Positions 1 through 10,945 are shown, counted from the whole stretch's first letter. The stretch is DNA of 58,697 bases, filler included, from Sphacelaria rigidula (GCA_964200075.2; 10 parts of 10 records of this genome joined end to end with filler, not necessarily neighbours in it); one strand, 5' to 3'. The notes: generated by a model from the sequence alone, not told the origin. Program-made: numbers and translations.

Positions 1-230
1 ATACCCCTACAAGCACAGCTAGCGGACCAATGTTACTGGAAGGGATTTTTTTTTCCGAAAATGGAAGGGGAGGGGCAGAAATTTGCCGAAGTAACGACAC
101 ATAGGAGAGGAGGAGAGCCCAGCAGTCTCGAATTCGGCGAGGAGGAATAAGAAAGACGCGTTTAAGAAAATATAGGTGTTTTCGCGGAAAATGTAAGAAA
201 GACACGTTTCAGAAAAAAAGGTTGAACACT

Positions 231-1110
231 TCAGTCCAATAAGAAACCCAGTCTCGGCCAGAATTTCAGTTTCTTATGAGCGGGCTGATACTGTAACCCC
301 TTTACTTCACGCACCAGTCGTCCTAGTCTCGTCGCGTCTCCACCAAACCCGGCCACAGCATCGGCAATCGTCACCTTACCGCCATCCGCTAGCACCTCCA
401 TAAGTTGCAGCAACTGCTCTAAAGGGCTCATCGGCGACAAGACATCGCAATCATCGCCACCACCACCCAGAGCAACATCTGTACCCCTCGCAGCGCCTCC
501 ATTACGCCGAGAGGGTTGCACGGTGACGTCATCATCATTCTCCCCTGCGCCTCCCTCGTTCCGTCCCGCGGCCGCAGCAGCATGCTCCGGTACACCCGAC
601 CCGGGTTGATGCGGCCGATGTCGTCCTCGTAGTCGTTGTTCCTGTCCCCCCACGTAATAATCCGTAACGTCTAACGGCAAGTAGTCGTCGACAACAAACC
701 CCGGCGATGCCCGCTTCAACGCAACCGCTTCCTCCTCATCGTCTTCCCCGCCGGCGGCGCTCGTGACCCCGCCGGATGACGTCTGCGTCGAAACTTTTGG
801 ATCTTCATAAATTTTACCGATACCGCCCTTCCCACTAGCGTGTCCAATAATTTTGCCGTTATCTCTCCGCTCCGCTCGCGATGCGCGCCGCGTCCCGTCC
901 GCGACTCCGCCGCGCTTCCTAGGCTTGGTTATTATCGAAGGGGGTGGCGTCGATTTTGGTGCCGGGAAAGGTGCCGCGACCATGTTATCGGTGCCCGATG
1001 TGGTGAGGGTAGCTGCAGCAGCGACTGCGGCCGCCGCTCGACACCATGCCTCGTACGCGACGCTCTCTAATGCTTCTTCCAGCGAGGAAGAACGTTTCGC
1101 CGAAAGTTGC
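231..1110 (-). CDS. Probable terminal exon of an unknown protein (low-complexity, with a small compact C-terminal domain)
   Basis: ORF 231..983 extends upstream in frame to an AG acceptor at 1111-1112 (QLSAKRSSSLEEALESVAYEAWCR...MVAAPFP...KLKFWPRLGFLLD*). GC-rich, Gly/Ala/Asp-rich composition. No family recognised. Confidence 0.6.
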
Positions 1111-1177
1111 CTTTTATTTTTTATTGCGGCCGGGGGGGGGGTGATTGGGTGGGTGGGTGGGTGGGGGATGGGAGATG

Positions 1178-1290
1178 GGGCGTACTCATTTGCTGCTTGC
1201 CTTATTGTAGTCGTTCAACCATTGACCACGCATCCCTTTCGAGACGGAGCACTATTCCTCCTTCTAACAGAGACACCACCAACATTTGGG
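1178..1290 (-). mobile_element. 3'-end fragment of the LINE family (family A)
   Basis: Near-identical to 8458-8565 (GTACTCATTTGCTGCTTGCC...GACCACGCATCCCTTTCGAGACGGAGCAC...GAGACACC), adjacent to a G-rich tract. Confidence 0.8.
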
Positions 1291-2004
1291 TGATCATTAC
1301 TTTAACTATCCCCCAAGTTATTTCACAAAAACCTCCGACACACATCTTATTCCCTCACTGTTTCGCCGCCTGTGGTACCATCTATCGGGATTTGCGGAGG
1401 GGCGGCGGGGGGAGTTCCGAAGGGGAATCAAGTAAGTGCGTAAGTAAGCAACTACAGCGAAATCCGAACAGATAATCGTAATGAAAAAATGTTGTTATAT
1501 GCACGCGTAAGCAAATATACAAATATTGCGCATTCAAAGAGAGTACCAACACACATTTTGATAAATATATTGAAGTCCAGTGTACGATGAACACAATGCT
1601 GCCTAGAAAGGATGAAAATATATATTCCTGTGCTGTTAAGAGTTCGAACAAATCAAAGGACAATCCTGTCCCATCTGTGCCCTCGACATGTTTTTTTTGT
1701 CAAACGCGCCGGCTAAGCACCATCCCTTCCTCCTTCACCTCCTCGAATCTCAGTCTGCTCAACATCCACACTTCCCCCGACAACCGATATTCGCGTGTTT
1801 TCGTGTGTTGGAACAGAATAGATGCAAAAAAAAAGTCATGCTGTCGTACGGGGAGCAGCAAGGGGTGGAATATCTCTCAGTCCCTACCCTCCCCCACCCC
1901 CTTAACCTGGTCCGGCGAGAACTCGGCGTGCTTCGTCCTGGCTTTGTCGGGACGGACCCCCGATGGGGTTGGCGTTGGTAGGCGATGACACAGTGAAACA
2001 CGCT

Positions 2005-2737
2005 ACTCAATCCGTAAGCTAGGCAACCAGGGTACCGATTTGTTTTTCTGCGTTTTTTTTTGCGGTAACGATGATGGTAGTCGAGTTAGATCATACTGTG
2101 CGGCGTCGGAGATCCTCCACTCCACGCAAAGGGGATGCTCGTACTACGCAGTGTTTAAATGGTGAACCATTCATGAGGCAGTGTAAAAGCCGTGGCTGTC
2201 TCTGAAAGTGACGATACCAGAAAATGAAGCAACCTATTGTAGGCCGTCATGACACTTTCTACGATAGCCTCCCTCAAAAAAGTGCATGGTTTGGGGAGGC
2301 GAAATCTTCACGTAAATCGAAATGTAAAAAGCCGAGCACAACGAGCAGCTTGGGATTCCTACGCTTGGCTTCGCTCTCGCCAATGTCGCCAATTTCATGC
2401 AACCTGAACCCAAACACCAGAAGCTGTATGGTCACTTTGTTCGTGACACTATTGGGCTAGTTTTTTTGGGGGGGGGCTATCGTAGGAATTGTCTCACCCA
2501 TACACGAGATAATCAGTACGCTTCGGGCCGAACAATTTGAGCAGGATGCAGCTCACCCTTCATGCGACTCGCCGAACACCGAACACGCCACGGCGCTTCG
2601 CGCTTAGTAATTGATTGCGAGCCCGGTCCAGCGAAAACCCGGCGCGCTTCGTCCCGGCTTTGTAGGGATGCGAGGTCAATGGTCTTATTACTGTGGCGTG
2701 CATGATCATGAGTACACCCCCCTCCCCTCCCCCCCCA
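2005..2737 (+). mobile_element. SINE-like element (family B), interrupted by a MITE at 2250-2494
   Basis: Colinear with the reverse complement of 3790-4475. Ends GGGATGCGAGGTCAATGGTC...CATGAGTACACCCCCC. No long ORF. A further fragment lies at ~1916-1952. Confidence 0.75.
2250..2494. mobile_element. MITE with ~30-bp TIRs (TGACACTTTCTACGATAGCC...) nested in family B
   Basis: Left end TGACACTTTCTACGATAGCCTCCCTCAAAAA, right end TTTTTGGGGGGGGGCTATCGTAGGAATTGTCT. Absent from the paralogous family B copy near 4005-4015. CA flanks both ends. A partial second copy is at 5881-5989. Confidence 0.8.
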
Positions 2738-3300
2738 ACAACATTCTCGCGTATTGGCCTAAAGACCACCAATGAAAGCAGCACGAAGGCCTTCGCAAGT
2801 AGCTGAATAAGCTAGCTGCAAGGAGTCAGTGTCGTAGGGGACAACCGATTGAGAACTGGATTGTATTCCTAGACTAACCTACATGGGGTGCATTGCGGTC
2901 TCAGGACAATTTCAAAACTCAAGCCTCCTCTCATCGGTGTTTCTTTTTTCAATCACCACCCATGAGTCCTGTCTTTCTGACTCGCGGCCAACCTGTGTCA
3001 GTCTCTCGAAATACATTTTTGAGATGCTTGGTGCGAGTCTACCAACACCCAACACATACATACTCTCAACGTACAAAGCACGTTCCGTTCCAGAGGTCTG
3101 ACTTACGTCTAGCAGCCTAAGTACTTGGATTTAGATAACCCTCCCATACACAAAAAAAAAAACACACCCCACACAAAAAACACACAAAAAAAAAACACGC
3201 GAGAAAAGGAGAGAGAGGAGAAANNNNNNNNNNCGCCCACAAAATGACCGCCCCCAGATTTTTTACTCACCCCTACGTACAACAGTACTCTGTTTTTACT

Positions 3301-3301
<1 letters not shown>

Positions 3302-3334
<33 letters not shown>
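3302..3334. repeat. Poly(C) homopolymer
   Basis: Uninterrupted run of more than 30 C. Confidence 0.95.
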
Positions 3335-3336
<2 letters not shown>

Positions 3337-3437
3337 TCAAGAACAAGAGTGTAGGTGTAGTCGCGGGAAAGAGTCGGGGTGAAGTCTCTCACGCGTAGCT
3401 GATCATGCAGTCACGCTCAAGTTCTCTGTGTAATATG

Positions 3438-3584
3438 CACACCCTGAACCATTGGATAAAATAGCAAAAAAAAATGTACTGCGTACAGTACGGAGTCTAA
3501 TGTATATTGCAACAGATGCAAGAGTCGATACTGTACGCCGCATACTTTTTGAAAATGTAATCTAGTGTCATCGTCCAGGGTGTG
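3438..3584. mobile_element. ~140-bp MITE (family E; TIR CACACCCTG(G/A)AC)
   Basis: CACACCCTGAAC...GTCCAGGGTGTG termini with an internal palindrome (TGTACTGCGTACAGTA...TACTGTACG). Homologues at 30508-30645, ~38016-38150 and ~38326-38450. Confidence 0.7.
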
Positions 3585-3789
3585 GCAATTTGTCTGTGTG
3601 GTATCACAATATTATACCGTGGGTGCGTTACATATTTCTAGTATCCGTCAAATCTTGCACCAAAAAAGGCCTTGTTTTCCCCTCCTGCCCCCGGCCAAGT
3701 TTGGGCACATTACATATATATATATATGTTTATATATATTTTCATATATTTTTCTTCATTCACTTCTTATCTGGGGAAGGGAGGGGAAG

Positions 3790-4475
3790 GGGTACTCATG
3801 ATCTTCCATGCCGTAGTCGTAAGACCATGGGCCTCGCATCCCTACAAAGCCGGGACGGAGCACGCCGGGTTTTCGCCCGACCAGGTTCGCGATCAATCAC
3901 CAAACGCGAAGCGCCGTAATGTGTACGGCGAGTCGCATGAAAAGGGTGAGCTACATCTTGCTAAGATTGTTCGGCCCGGAACCTGCTGATTATTAGCTTG
4001 CATTTGGATGACAGCCTACAACGAGTCGCTTCATTTCTCTGGTATAGCCACCTCCAGGACAGCCACGAGTTAACACACTGCCTCACGGGTGTCTCAATTT
4101 CCAAGGATGTACACGTTACACTCGTTACGTGTCACGTCGTCAAAAGTTAAGCCAGGCTAGTACTACGGTGGGGGACGGGGACCACAGCGGGAGCCCTGTT
4201 CAAAAGTCAAGTTAAATCAGGGCTCCCCACGCGGTCCCCCACCGTAGTACTAGCCTGGCTTAACTTTTGACGACTTTTGACGTGAGGCGTGAACGTAACG
4301 AGTGTAAGGCGTAGAGATCCTTGATGAGTTCAACACTGCGTAGTACCACCATCCCCTTTGCGAGGAGTTGAAGTTCTCCATCCCGCACAACATGATCCAA
4401 CCCGACCATCATCATGGTTACTGCAAAACAAACGTAAGTGAGAAAGAAAAAGGGTATCTGGTTGCCTAGCTTGCG
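3790..4475 (-). mobile_element. SINE-like element (family B), interrupted by the 5S-bearing foldback insertion
   Basis: Reverse-complement match to 2005-2249 plus 2495-2720. The 3' end GAGTACCCC abuts a G-rich tract at 3774-3792. Confidence 0.75.
4102..4323. mobile_element. Foldback (hairpin) insertion with ~100-bp inverted arms, each containing a 5S rRNA-derived segment
   Basis: Arm 1 (4102-4198) CAAGGATGTACACGTTACACTCGTTACG...AAGTTAAGCCAGGCTAGTACTACGGTGGGG...GGGAGCCCTG. Arm 2 (4218-4323) is its reverse complement. AAGTTAAG...CCAGGCTAGTACTACGGTGGGGGACC..GGGAGCCCTG follows the 3' half of eukaryotic 5S rRNA (box A start, box C). Confidence 0.8.
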
Positions 4476-4644
4476 CGGGGAGAGTGGCAGTAGACCTACA
4501 GCTTTGGGCGTATATCTATGGTTGACAGCATGACTACTTGATTTTCGAGGTGAGAAAGTTCCGAGAAGATGTATGGTTCAGGGTAGGTAAACAGAGGACC
4601 CAGCTCGTTCAGAGCGTGTTTTTGTCGAAATCGGCGCCTGCGGC

Positions 4645-4735
4645 GTCGATTTGAGGTCTGCCAACGCACACTTTTTCTAGGGCAACCTGTACGCCTTGGG
4701 TCGGGGTTAGGGTTAGGGTTAGTGTTAGTGTTATC
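4645..4735 (+). repeat. Dispersed repeat carrying telomere-like TTAGGG units
   Basis: GGGGTTAGGGTTAGGGTTAGTGTTAGTG preceded by GAGGTCTGCCAACGCACACTTTTTCTAGGG. A related segment (GAGGTCTGCCAGCATGCACTTTGCCTAGGG...GTCGGGGTTACGGTTAGG) is at ~38595-38715. Confidence 0.55.
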
Positions 4736-5780
4736 GTCAGTTTGTTCGAAAAAATCAACTATGGATATACGACCAAACTTTAGGTCTTCTCGAGAGTGGC
4801 GTGTTTTACACGTCGTTACCAACCGACGCCTACCCTTCAAAGGGGGTCTTTTTTTTCTTTCTTTCTTCTTTTTTCGGGGGGGAGGGAAGGTACAGTTTTG
4901 GCTATTCAAGTGCCATACCTTGGGAGAGGGGTCATTGTCGCCCGATGAAACGTTTTCACGGAGAATAACATACGATGTACAACGACATGCTTCTGTGCAC
5001 GCATTTATCCTGAGGTGAAGTGTGGTCGTTACAAACTATTATACAGGCTGGTTCACGGTGATTACCCAAAATTGTGTCATCAGCAAATGCCTTCCGCGAT
5101 ACGCACCCAATAGTCGCATATATGGTATCATACTGACCGCAATGAAAAGACGAAGAGGGTGAAATAGCCGGATTCTTGTTCAAGGTCGTAGCGGTGGCGC
5201 TATGGACGAAAATATGTGTCAGCCAATCAGCGCCCTTCAAACTGTTTGTGCAAATACCTGCAGACTGTGCAATATATGTTTTTCTCGTATTTTGTCCAGA
5301 GGGCGCCCTCGAAATCTCTGACGCAAGCGAATCGGAAAAGTGGGCTAGGCTCCTCTCGGTGGGGTGATACGAAGTGTCCAAGACGTGTGGTGGCGATATT
5401 CCCTGTTTGGGGGTCAAAAACCTTGTCAAATGTTCTAAAAGTGGAAAATACGAGCCAAACAAAGTACGAACCGGAAGAAACGGCCTCAAAATGGAAAAGT
5501 TGTATTCTTGACAACTCATCATATTTTCTCCGTTCTCTACGGGCTTCCGGGGGGTCCCAGCATGAAGACCCCCGGAAGGCGGTACAGAATGCCCTACAAG
5601 AAAAATAGTGAAATGATGCGTCCCGGGAGAGTCCAACGAACACATGTACAGAGTTTGGTGGAGAAACTCGAAAACCTCATACAGTTTTTCTTGCCTTGAC
5701 GTCAAATTCACCCCAGAAGACGTTTTTATACTAAAACCAAGTAGTTAGGAGTTGCACGTTTCAAGCCCACGTCCTCCACA

Positions 5781-5880
5781 NNNNNNNNNNNNNNNNNNNN
5801 NNNNNNNNNNNNNNNNNNNNNNNNTTAATTAATTAANNNNNNNNNNNNNNNNNNNNNNNNNNNNNNNNNNNNNNNNNNNN
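5781..5880. other. Artificial contig-joining spacer (N-run, TTAATTAATTAA, N-run); recurs at 11661, 17541, 23421, 29301, 35181, 41061, 46940 and 52819
   Basis: Identical 100-nt spacers with stops in all six frames, separating contigs of 5780/5779 bp. Confidence 0.97.
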
Positions 5881-5989
5881 AATATGAGGCGCTCCATGCA
5901 GCCTGAACCCGAACATCAGGCGCTTTATGGCCATTTTTTTCGTGACACTTTAAGCTGGTTTTGGCGGGGGGCTATCGTAGAAAGTGTCA
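5881..5989. mobile_element. Right end of the same MITE family as 2250-2494
   Basis: CATGCAGCCTGAACCCGAACATCAG...GGGGGCTATCGTAGAAAGTGTCA matches 2395-2494. Confidence 0.75.
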
Positions 5990-7496
5990 CTCGTGTTAGC
6001 TCTTGTGTCCCTGGCTGTTACATGTTGCCCAGCGCATATAGTGGTGTGCTGTTGGTACTGTATTGTGTGCGGTGGCAGCGTGTTTGCGCTGTCTGCAACT
6101 TTGTACCAAAGAACTCTGAGCGCACGCACAGGACTGCTCGAGCAATTGTTCGGATCTTTCTGAGTCCGAATGAATTACCGACCAACATACGGGACATCTA
6201 TGCTGGAGTCATCCTGGGGGCGAAATATGATCTACGCCCAGCAATGAAGAATGGCCCCTAGTATAATTTGATTGATATGCGGCATTGTGAAAAGTCATTT
6301 GCTTGGGTCGAGTCGTTTTGGATTCGTCTTCGCTACTCGTCACAATATGTCGCCACTCCACTCCACTGGTGTCTTCACGTCGGCCTACAACTTGATACCA
6401 TCACATCTACTCGACAAGCGGTATCTTCACGTCACGTCATGGATCAGCCTATCGTCACTTCAGGGGGCAAACAATTTTTCGCCACGACACTACGAGGGCA
6501 TCGTAGCTTCTTCACGTCGGCAAACTTGGGGCAACCAGTGCCGTTGCTCGGCAGTAGTAGACACATCGATTGTATGAGATATTACGTGCAGGGCTCACGC
6601 CTTGATCATTTTGTTTTGTCCACCCTTCCTTTACTGTAGCGTTGTGTTTGATTCTTCCCTTCATAGTGACCCATATTTTTGATTTGATTCTATTCTATTC
6701 TACTCTATTCTATTTGTATCTACTGTTTACGTCTTGATTCATCTTGAGGTCCCGGAATTGAACACGAACATCGGAAGAGCACGCACTGACACTACGCCCC
6801 CCCGTCCGCCCCTGCCGCTTTTGCTGTTTGATATTGCTCGCTCCTGTCGCCCCGAACGTTCCTGCGCAATGCCGCGAGTCATGCCATGGTCGTTGGTATC
6901 GCATCATACCATGTCAATGATGTGGGCTTTTCCCCCTGCTGATCTCTCTGTTTCTTCTGTTCCTGATTTCCTCTCTGCGTCCTTTGTCTTTTGTTTTTTC
7001 CATATCATCGGTCACCTCTTTCACTACTATACCGTTCTTATTTGCGGCCTTTTCGACACTTTTTCTTCTCCCCCGCTTGCCCTCCTCAATATATATTTTT
7101 TCTATTAGCCATCATTCTCCTACTCCGCCCCTATTCTATTTTTGCGGCTAACTCTACACGTTTTTTTCCCCCGCATTTAGCCGTCGTAGCCCACGATGCA
7201 CTCTTCACGTCATCTTCTCCTTTCACGGACTCACATATTGGATTTTTTCTTCTTGTTCTCCTGTTTGTCGTAGGGTACCCTTTGATTTTCTGCCCTTCCT
7301 CTTCTCTCGCTTTCTACATTTTTCGATATATATATTCTCTCCACTTCCCGTGGTAATTTTACTCTACATACAGCCAGAATCGCTGTTTTAATTGCTACTT
7401 CCACGTTCCAAGTGTGTTGTCCGCCTCATCCATGTGTTTTGTTTTTGGCGAATATTTTGCGAGAGCCATTGCCCGATGCACGAAAGTACACCCCAG

Positions 7497-7565
7497 GTAC
7501 ATTTTTCTGGAGAAACCTACGAAACTTCAGGGACGACCGCTAAGCGCAACAAAAGCCAACTCGAG
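7497..7565 (+). CDS. Possible internal exon, unknown protein
   Basis: ccccag|GTAC...CTCGAG|gtaatg; 69 bp, open in at least two frames. Confidence 0.3.
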
Positions 7566-7922
7566 GTAATGAGAGAGAGGGGGCATCGACAGCGGCTCTA
7601 CCAATCGCAGCCAATGGAGGTTTGCTAGACATCGGAGAAGGTGGTGCAACTATATATCGTGTGTGTTGCTCGTGCTTGTGTTTGTGTTTGCTGTCGTTAT
7701 TTTGCTGTTATTGTTATTGTTGTTTGTTCTTATTGTTGTTATTTGTTCGTGTTGGTGGTGGTGTTGTTCGTCGTTGTTATCGCTGCCCCCTTTCTTTCCT
7801 TTCTAAGGCCGTTGCTTCTGTCTGTTTCTGTTCCTTTCTTTCTTTTTTCTTTATTCTTAGTCTCTTCTATTTTTGCTGCTCCTGACCACGGACTGGATTA
7901 TTGCAGTCAGCTCATGTGAGAT

Positions 7923-7924
<2 letters not shown>

Positions 7925-7973
<49 letters not shown>
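7925..7973. repeat. (CAAT)n microsatellite
   Basis: Tandem AATC units. Confidence 0.95.
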
Positions 7974-7974
<1 letters not shown>

Positions 7975-8003
7975 TCGGGAAGGTTGTAGCGTAAGGTCAA
8001 CAG

Positions 8004-9763
8004 GTGGGTGAGTCGGAGAAACGGGAGCTGATGAACGTCCTGCTGGACTTTCTGGACTGGGCCGTTCTCCACGGACCCGAAGTAGGTTCTGGTCACCATC
8101 AGCGGTCAGCCAGAGCTATCCATTGCGTAAGAGTACTGTACTCCCTTCGCAAATCAACCCTATTTTGTTATTACCGAGTAGCGTCACGTAGCTCCCCAAG
8201 CGGTAGACCCGAGACCGCTCGCACAGCACCGACCAAGGCTCCGCAACAGGTAGGTGTGAGTACTGGTCATTTCGCACAGTAAGCGAACGAATGAAGGTAA
8301 GCGAAGTGATCTCCGCAGGGGGGGAAGCGCCTTGTTCATCCGCACACCTCTGACTGGACACAGTGGTGAATGATCGTGCTGTGCAGACCCTTGCGCATCC
8401 AACCTGATCGCCTGCAAAGGGACCCTCTGCGAGAACAGGTGCAATCAGACCTGAGGTGGGGCGTACTCGCTTGTTGCTTGCCCTAGTCGTTTGACCATTG
8501 ACCACGCATCCCTTTCGAGACGGAGCACCGCTCCTACCCTTCATAGAGACACCTTCAACATTCCGGTGCTTATGACGTTTCTCCCATAGCTCATTACGTT
8601 GCTTCCATGCATTGCGCAAAGAGTTTTCACATATCAAATACATAAAACGATTCATGCCACCTTCGTTCACGTCCCGCATTTCCCCTTCTAGCACGTCCCG
8701 TTCCTCCTGGTGTAGTTCACATTCTGTCACTATATGACTTATGTTCTCTATTGCTTTGCCACCGAGGCAGTTCTGCCCATCTACTTCCTCCTCTTTCCGA
8801 CTACTAGTATACCTCTTTCTTTTTTCCGGCAGGTTCAGGTCCCCCACCCGAAGTCGCAGTTTCATTTTTTTCGCCGCGTCCACGGGGCCATGCAGATATG
8901 TTTTCATGCCGATCCCCTCTCTCACCCCCTTGTATATCTCCAGGTGTTCTTGCTCGTCTACCTTACGTCTGAGCGCTCCTTCCCCCCCCCTTTTTTATCA
9001 TGTCTCTCACTTTTGCCTTGTAACCCGCGCCTTCACCTATGGACATTATTCGTCTTCGTTTCCTCATTTCTCTTCCATACATCGTCGACTTTTCTATCCC
9101 ACCTTATGGCATCCCCTTTCGTACTTTTCTTCCATGCAGCCTTATCAACCACAGTGGGCTGTCTCTTTGTCTGCATGTTTGAGCTATATTGCCATCTCAA
9201 TTCCTCATGCCTTCTGCTTGCTTTAATTGAGTACATTTCCAAGTCTGCTCTCAAAACTGTATTATTACTCGTCGTTTTGGTGCTTCCAAATATCTTCTTA
9301 GCTGCTGCTATTTGTACTGTTTCTAACTTCTTCACCAATTTCACGTTCCACTGCCATACTTCTCCTACATATTCCAGCTTTGGTACGATCACATTCATCA
9401 GGATACATCTCTCAATCCTAGTGTCTAGGTGCGGATCTCGGAGGGTCACGTTCATCCTTCCTATCCGTGGCTTACCACTTTTTATCACTTAGTTTATGTC
9501 TGCATCCCAAGAACAGCGTTTTGATATCTCTACGCCAAGGTATGTATATTGGTCTAGAATCGACAGTTCCTCTTCTCCCCGCTTCCATTTGAACTCTACC
9601 GGATTTTGTTCTTCGTGGATTCATATCTCGCTCCAGGTGGTAATGCGTGACCTCGTCACATCGGAATTATTTCTTGAAAGCTACTGTACCGAGGTGTTTA
9701 CTCAGCCAGCGCGCGTGCTCCAGATTCAGCATGGACGCAGCCCTTTGCACCACGCTCGCAACG
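8004..9763 (+). CDS. Two exons (8004-8081, 9637-9763) of an unknown protein; the second ends in an ankyrin-like GRSPLHHA motif
   Basis: caacag|VGESEKRELMNVLLDFLDWAVLHGPE|gtaggt joins in phase 0 to ctccag|VVMRDLVTSELFLESYCTEVFTQPARVLQIQHGRSPLHHARN|gttaga. The intron holds an antisense LINE. Confidence 0.55.
8456..9625 (-). mobile_element. 5'-truncated, degenerate non-LTR retrotransposon (LINE, family A): end of RT, thumb and C-terminal Cys/His region
   Basis: Minus strand encodes ...LDQYTYLGVEIS (last RT motif), then IVPKLEYVGEVW...LETVQIAAAKKI, then YLHGPVDAAKKMKLRLRVGDLNLPE...CLGGKAIENISHIVTEC, ending GCVVNGQTTRASNK followed by GAGTACGCCCC. Frameshifts and stops present. Confidence 0.85.
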
Positions 9764-10419
9764 GTTAGATCACTACCATAGGTATCTTTTTTCACTCCGC
9801 ATGTCAAGAAGGTCTTCACAAGTTTTTGATGTCTCATACACCCCGCCCCAACTGGCATCTCGCACGCTGTTGTCGTTGGGCACCCAGAGGGTTGCTCACA
9901 CACATATCGGGTAAAATCAACGATGAAAAGCACCCCGCAAGTTCAAGTTTGATATATCTGTTGTTTTCGCCGCACCACCGCCCTTGCTGGCATGTGTATA
10001 ACAGAGATCAGTAGTAGCGGTGACGGGAACATTGCCCCATTTTTCATCGACAAGTGTTTCAGCGCACAGGGGCGCGTCCTATCCAAAAAGAGAGGCAGAG
10101 AGAAATCCATCTTCGTATTGGCCACAGGCAAGAAGAGACGGAATCTCTCCGCACCTCGATGTTCTGGCACATGAAAAATTGGGTACATACTGGTATCATC
10201 GATGATGCCAGTCTCTCGAGCGATTGGTAATCGCCGAGCGGGGACACAAAAAGGCCGCGGGCGGGGATCTTCCTCTTTGTCGTTGCTTCTCTCTCTGGTG
10301 ATATCGTCATCGACATTCGTCAGGTGCACCTAGCCATAGCTGCTTAACTGCTGCGGACATTTGGGGGGGAAGATGGCTTCGCTCGGTCGTAAGTGTTTCG
10401 CGTCTTCCCTGCAAAAAAA

Positions 10420-10945
10420 AATGGCACTTCAACCTCATTTTTTAGATGGACCCCATTTTTCAGGATCCGCTGTTTTTAGATGCACAACAGCACAGCGACA
10501 ACTACAGCATATGAATGGATGGTCTGGGAAGCTCCTTGTTCGTTTGACCCGAGACGAAATAGCCAACACACCATGAAGGTGTCAATAGTGTCTAGAGAGT
10601 ACCACGTGTTGACAACATGATTTTTCGAAGAGACGAACGCCACGACAGTAATAAAGCAACTTACGCAGCCAGTCCCAGCGGAGACCAAACCGCCTTCGAA
10701 AAGGCCTGGAGACACCACAGCGCAGCGACAGCTACAGCACAAGAGACAACGTATGAGAGTGTTTGTGCTGCAGAACAGTGATACAAAACATGTCCCGTGC
10801 AATTGTTTCCCCCCTGATTTTGGATGAGCTCGATCTTGGCCGAGTGGCGGTTGACAAACGCTGGGCCATCATTGCGCTTTTCACGCAAAGCGCGATCATG
10901 GCCAAGCGTTCAAAAATCGGCACTCCGCAAAAAATGAGGACACGT
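10420..10945. repeat. Dispersed repeat with imperfect terminal inverted repeats (probable non-autonomous DNA transposon)
   Basis: Left end CACTTCAACCTCATTTTTTAGATGGACCCCATTTTTCAGGAT matches the reverse complement of 58258-58305. Right end ...AAAAATCGGCACTCCGCAAAAAATGAGG is an imperfect inverse. Confidence 0.45.

Noticed and set aside
4144..4266. Functional 5S rRNA genes
   Set aside because: The 5' half is missing, there is an internal deletion and no T-run terminator, so the sequence is derived rather than a gene.
4703..4730. True telomere or chromosome-fusion site
   Set aside because: Only two to three perfect TTAGGG units, inside a dispersed repeat also seen near 38700.
4956..5711. 251-aa minus-strand ORF
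   Set aside because: No recognisable motifs or coding-like composition; probably repeat-derived.
5825..5836. TTAATTAATTAA recurring every ~5.88 kb as a periodic biological motif
   Set aside because: It is always embedded in N-runs and is an assembly linker with six-frame stops.
8734..9492. 252-aa hydrophobic plus-strand ORF
   Set aside because: Antisense shadow of the LINE ORF.
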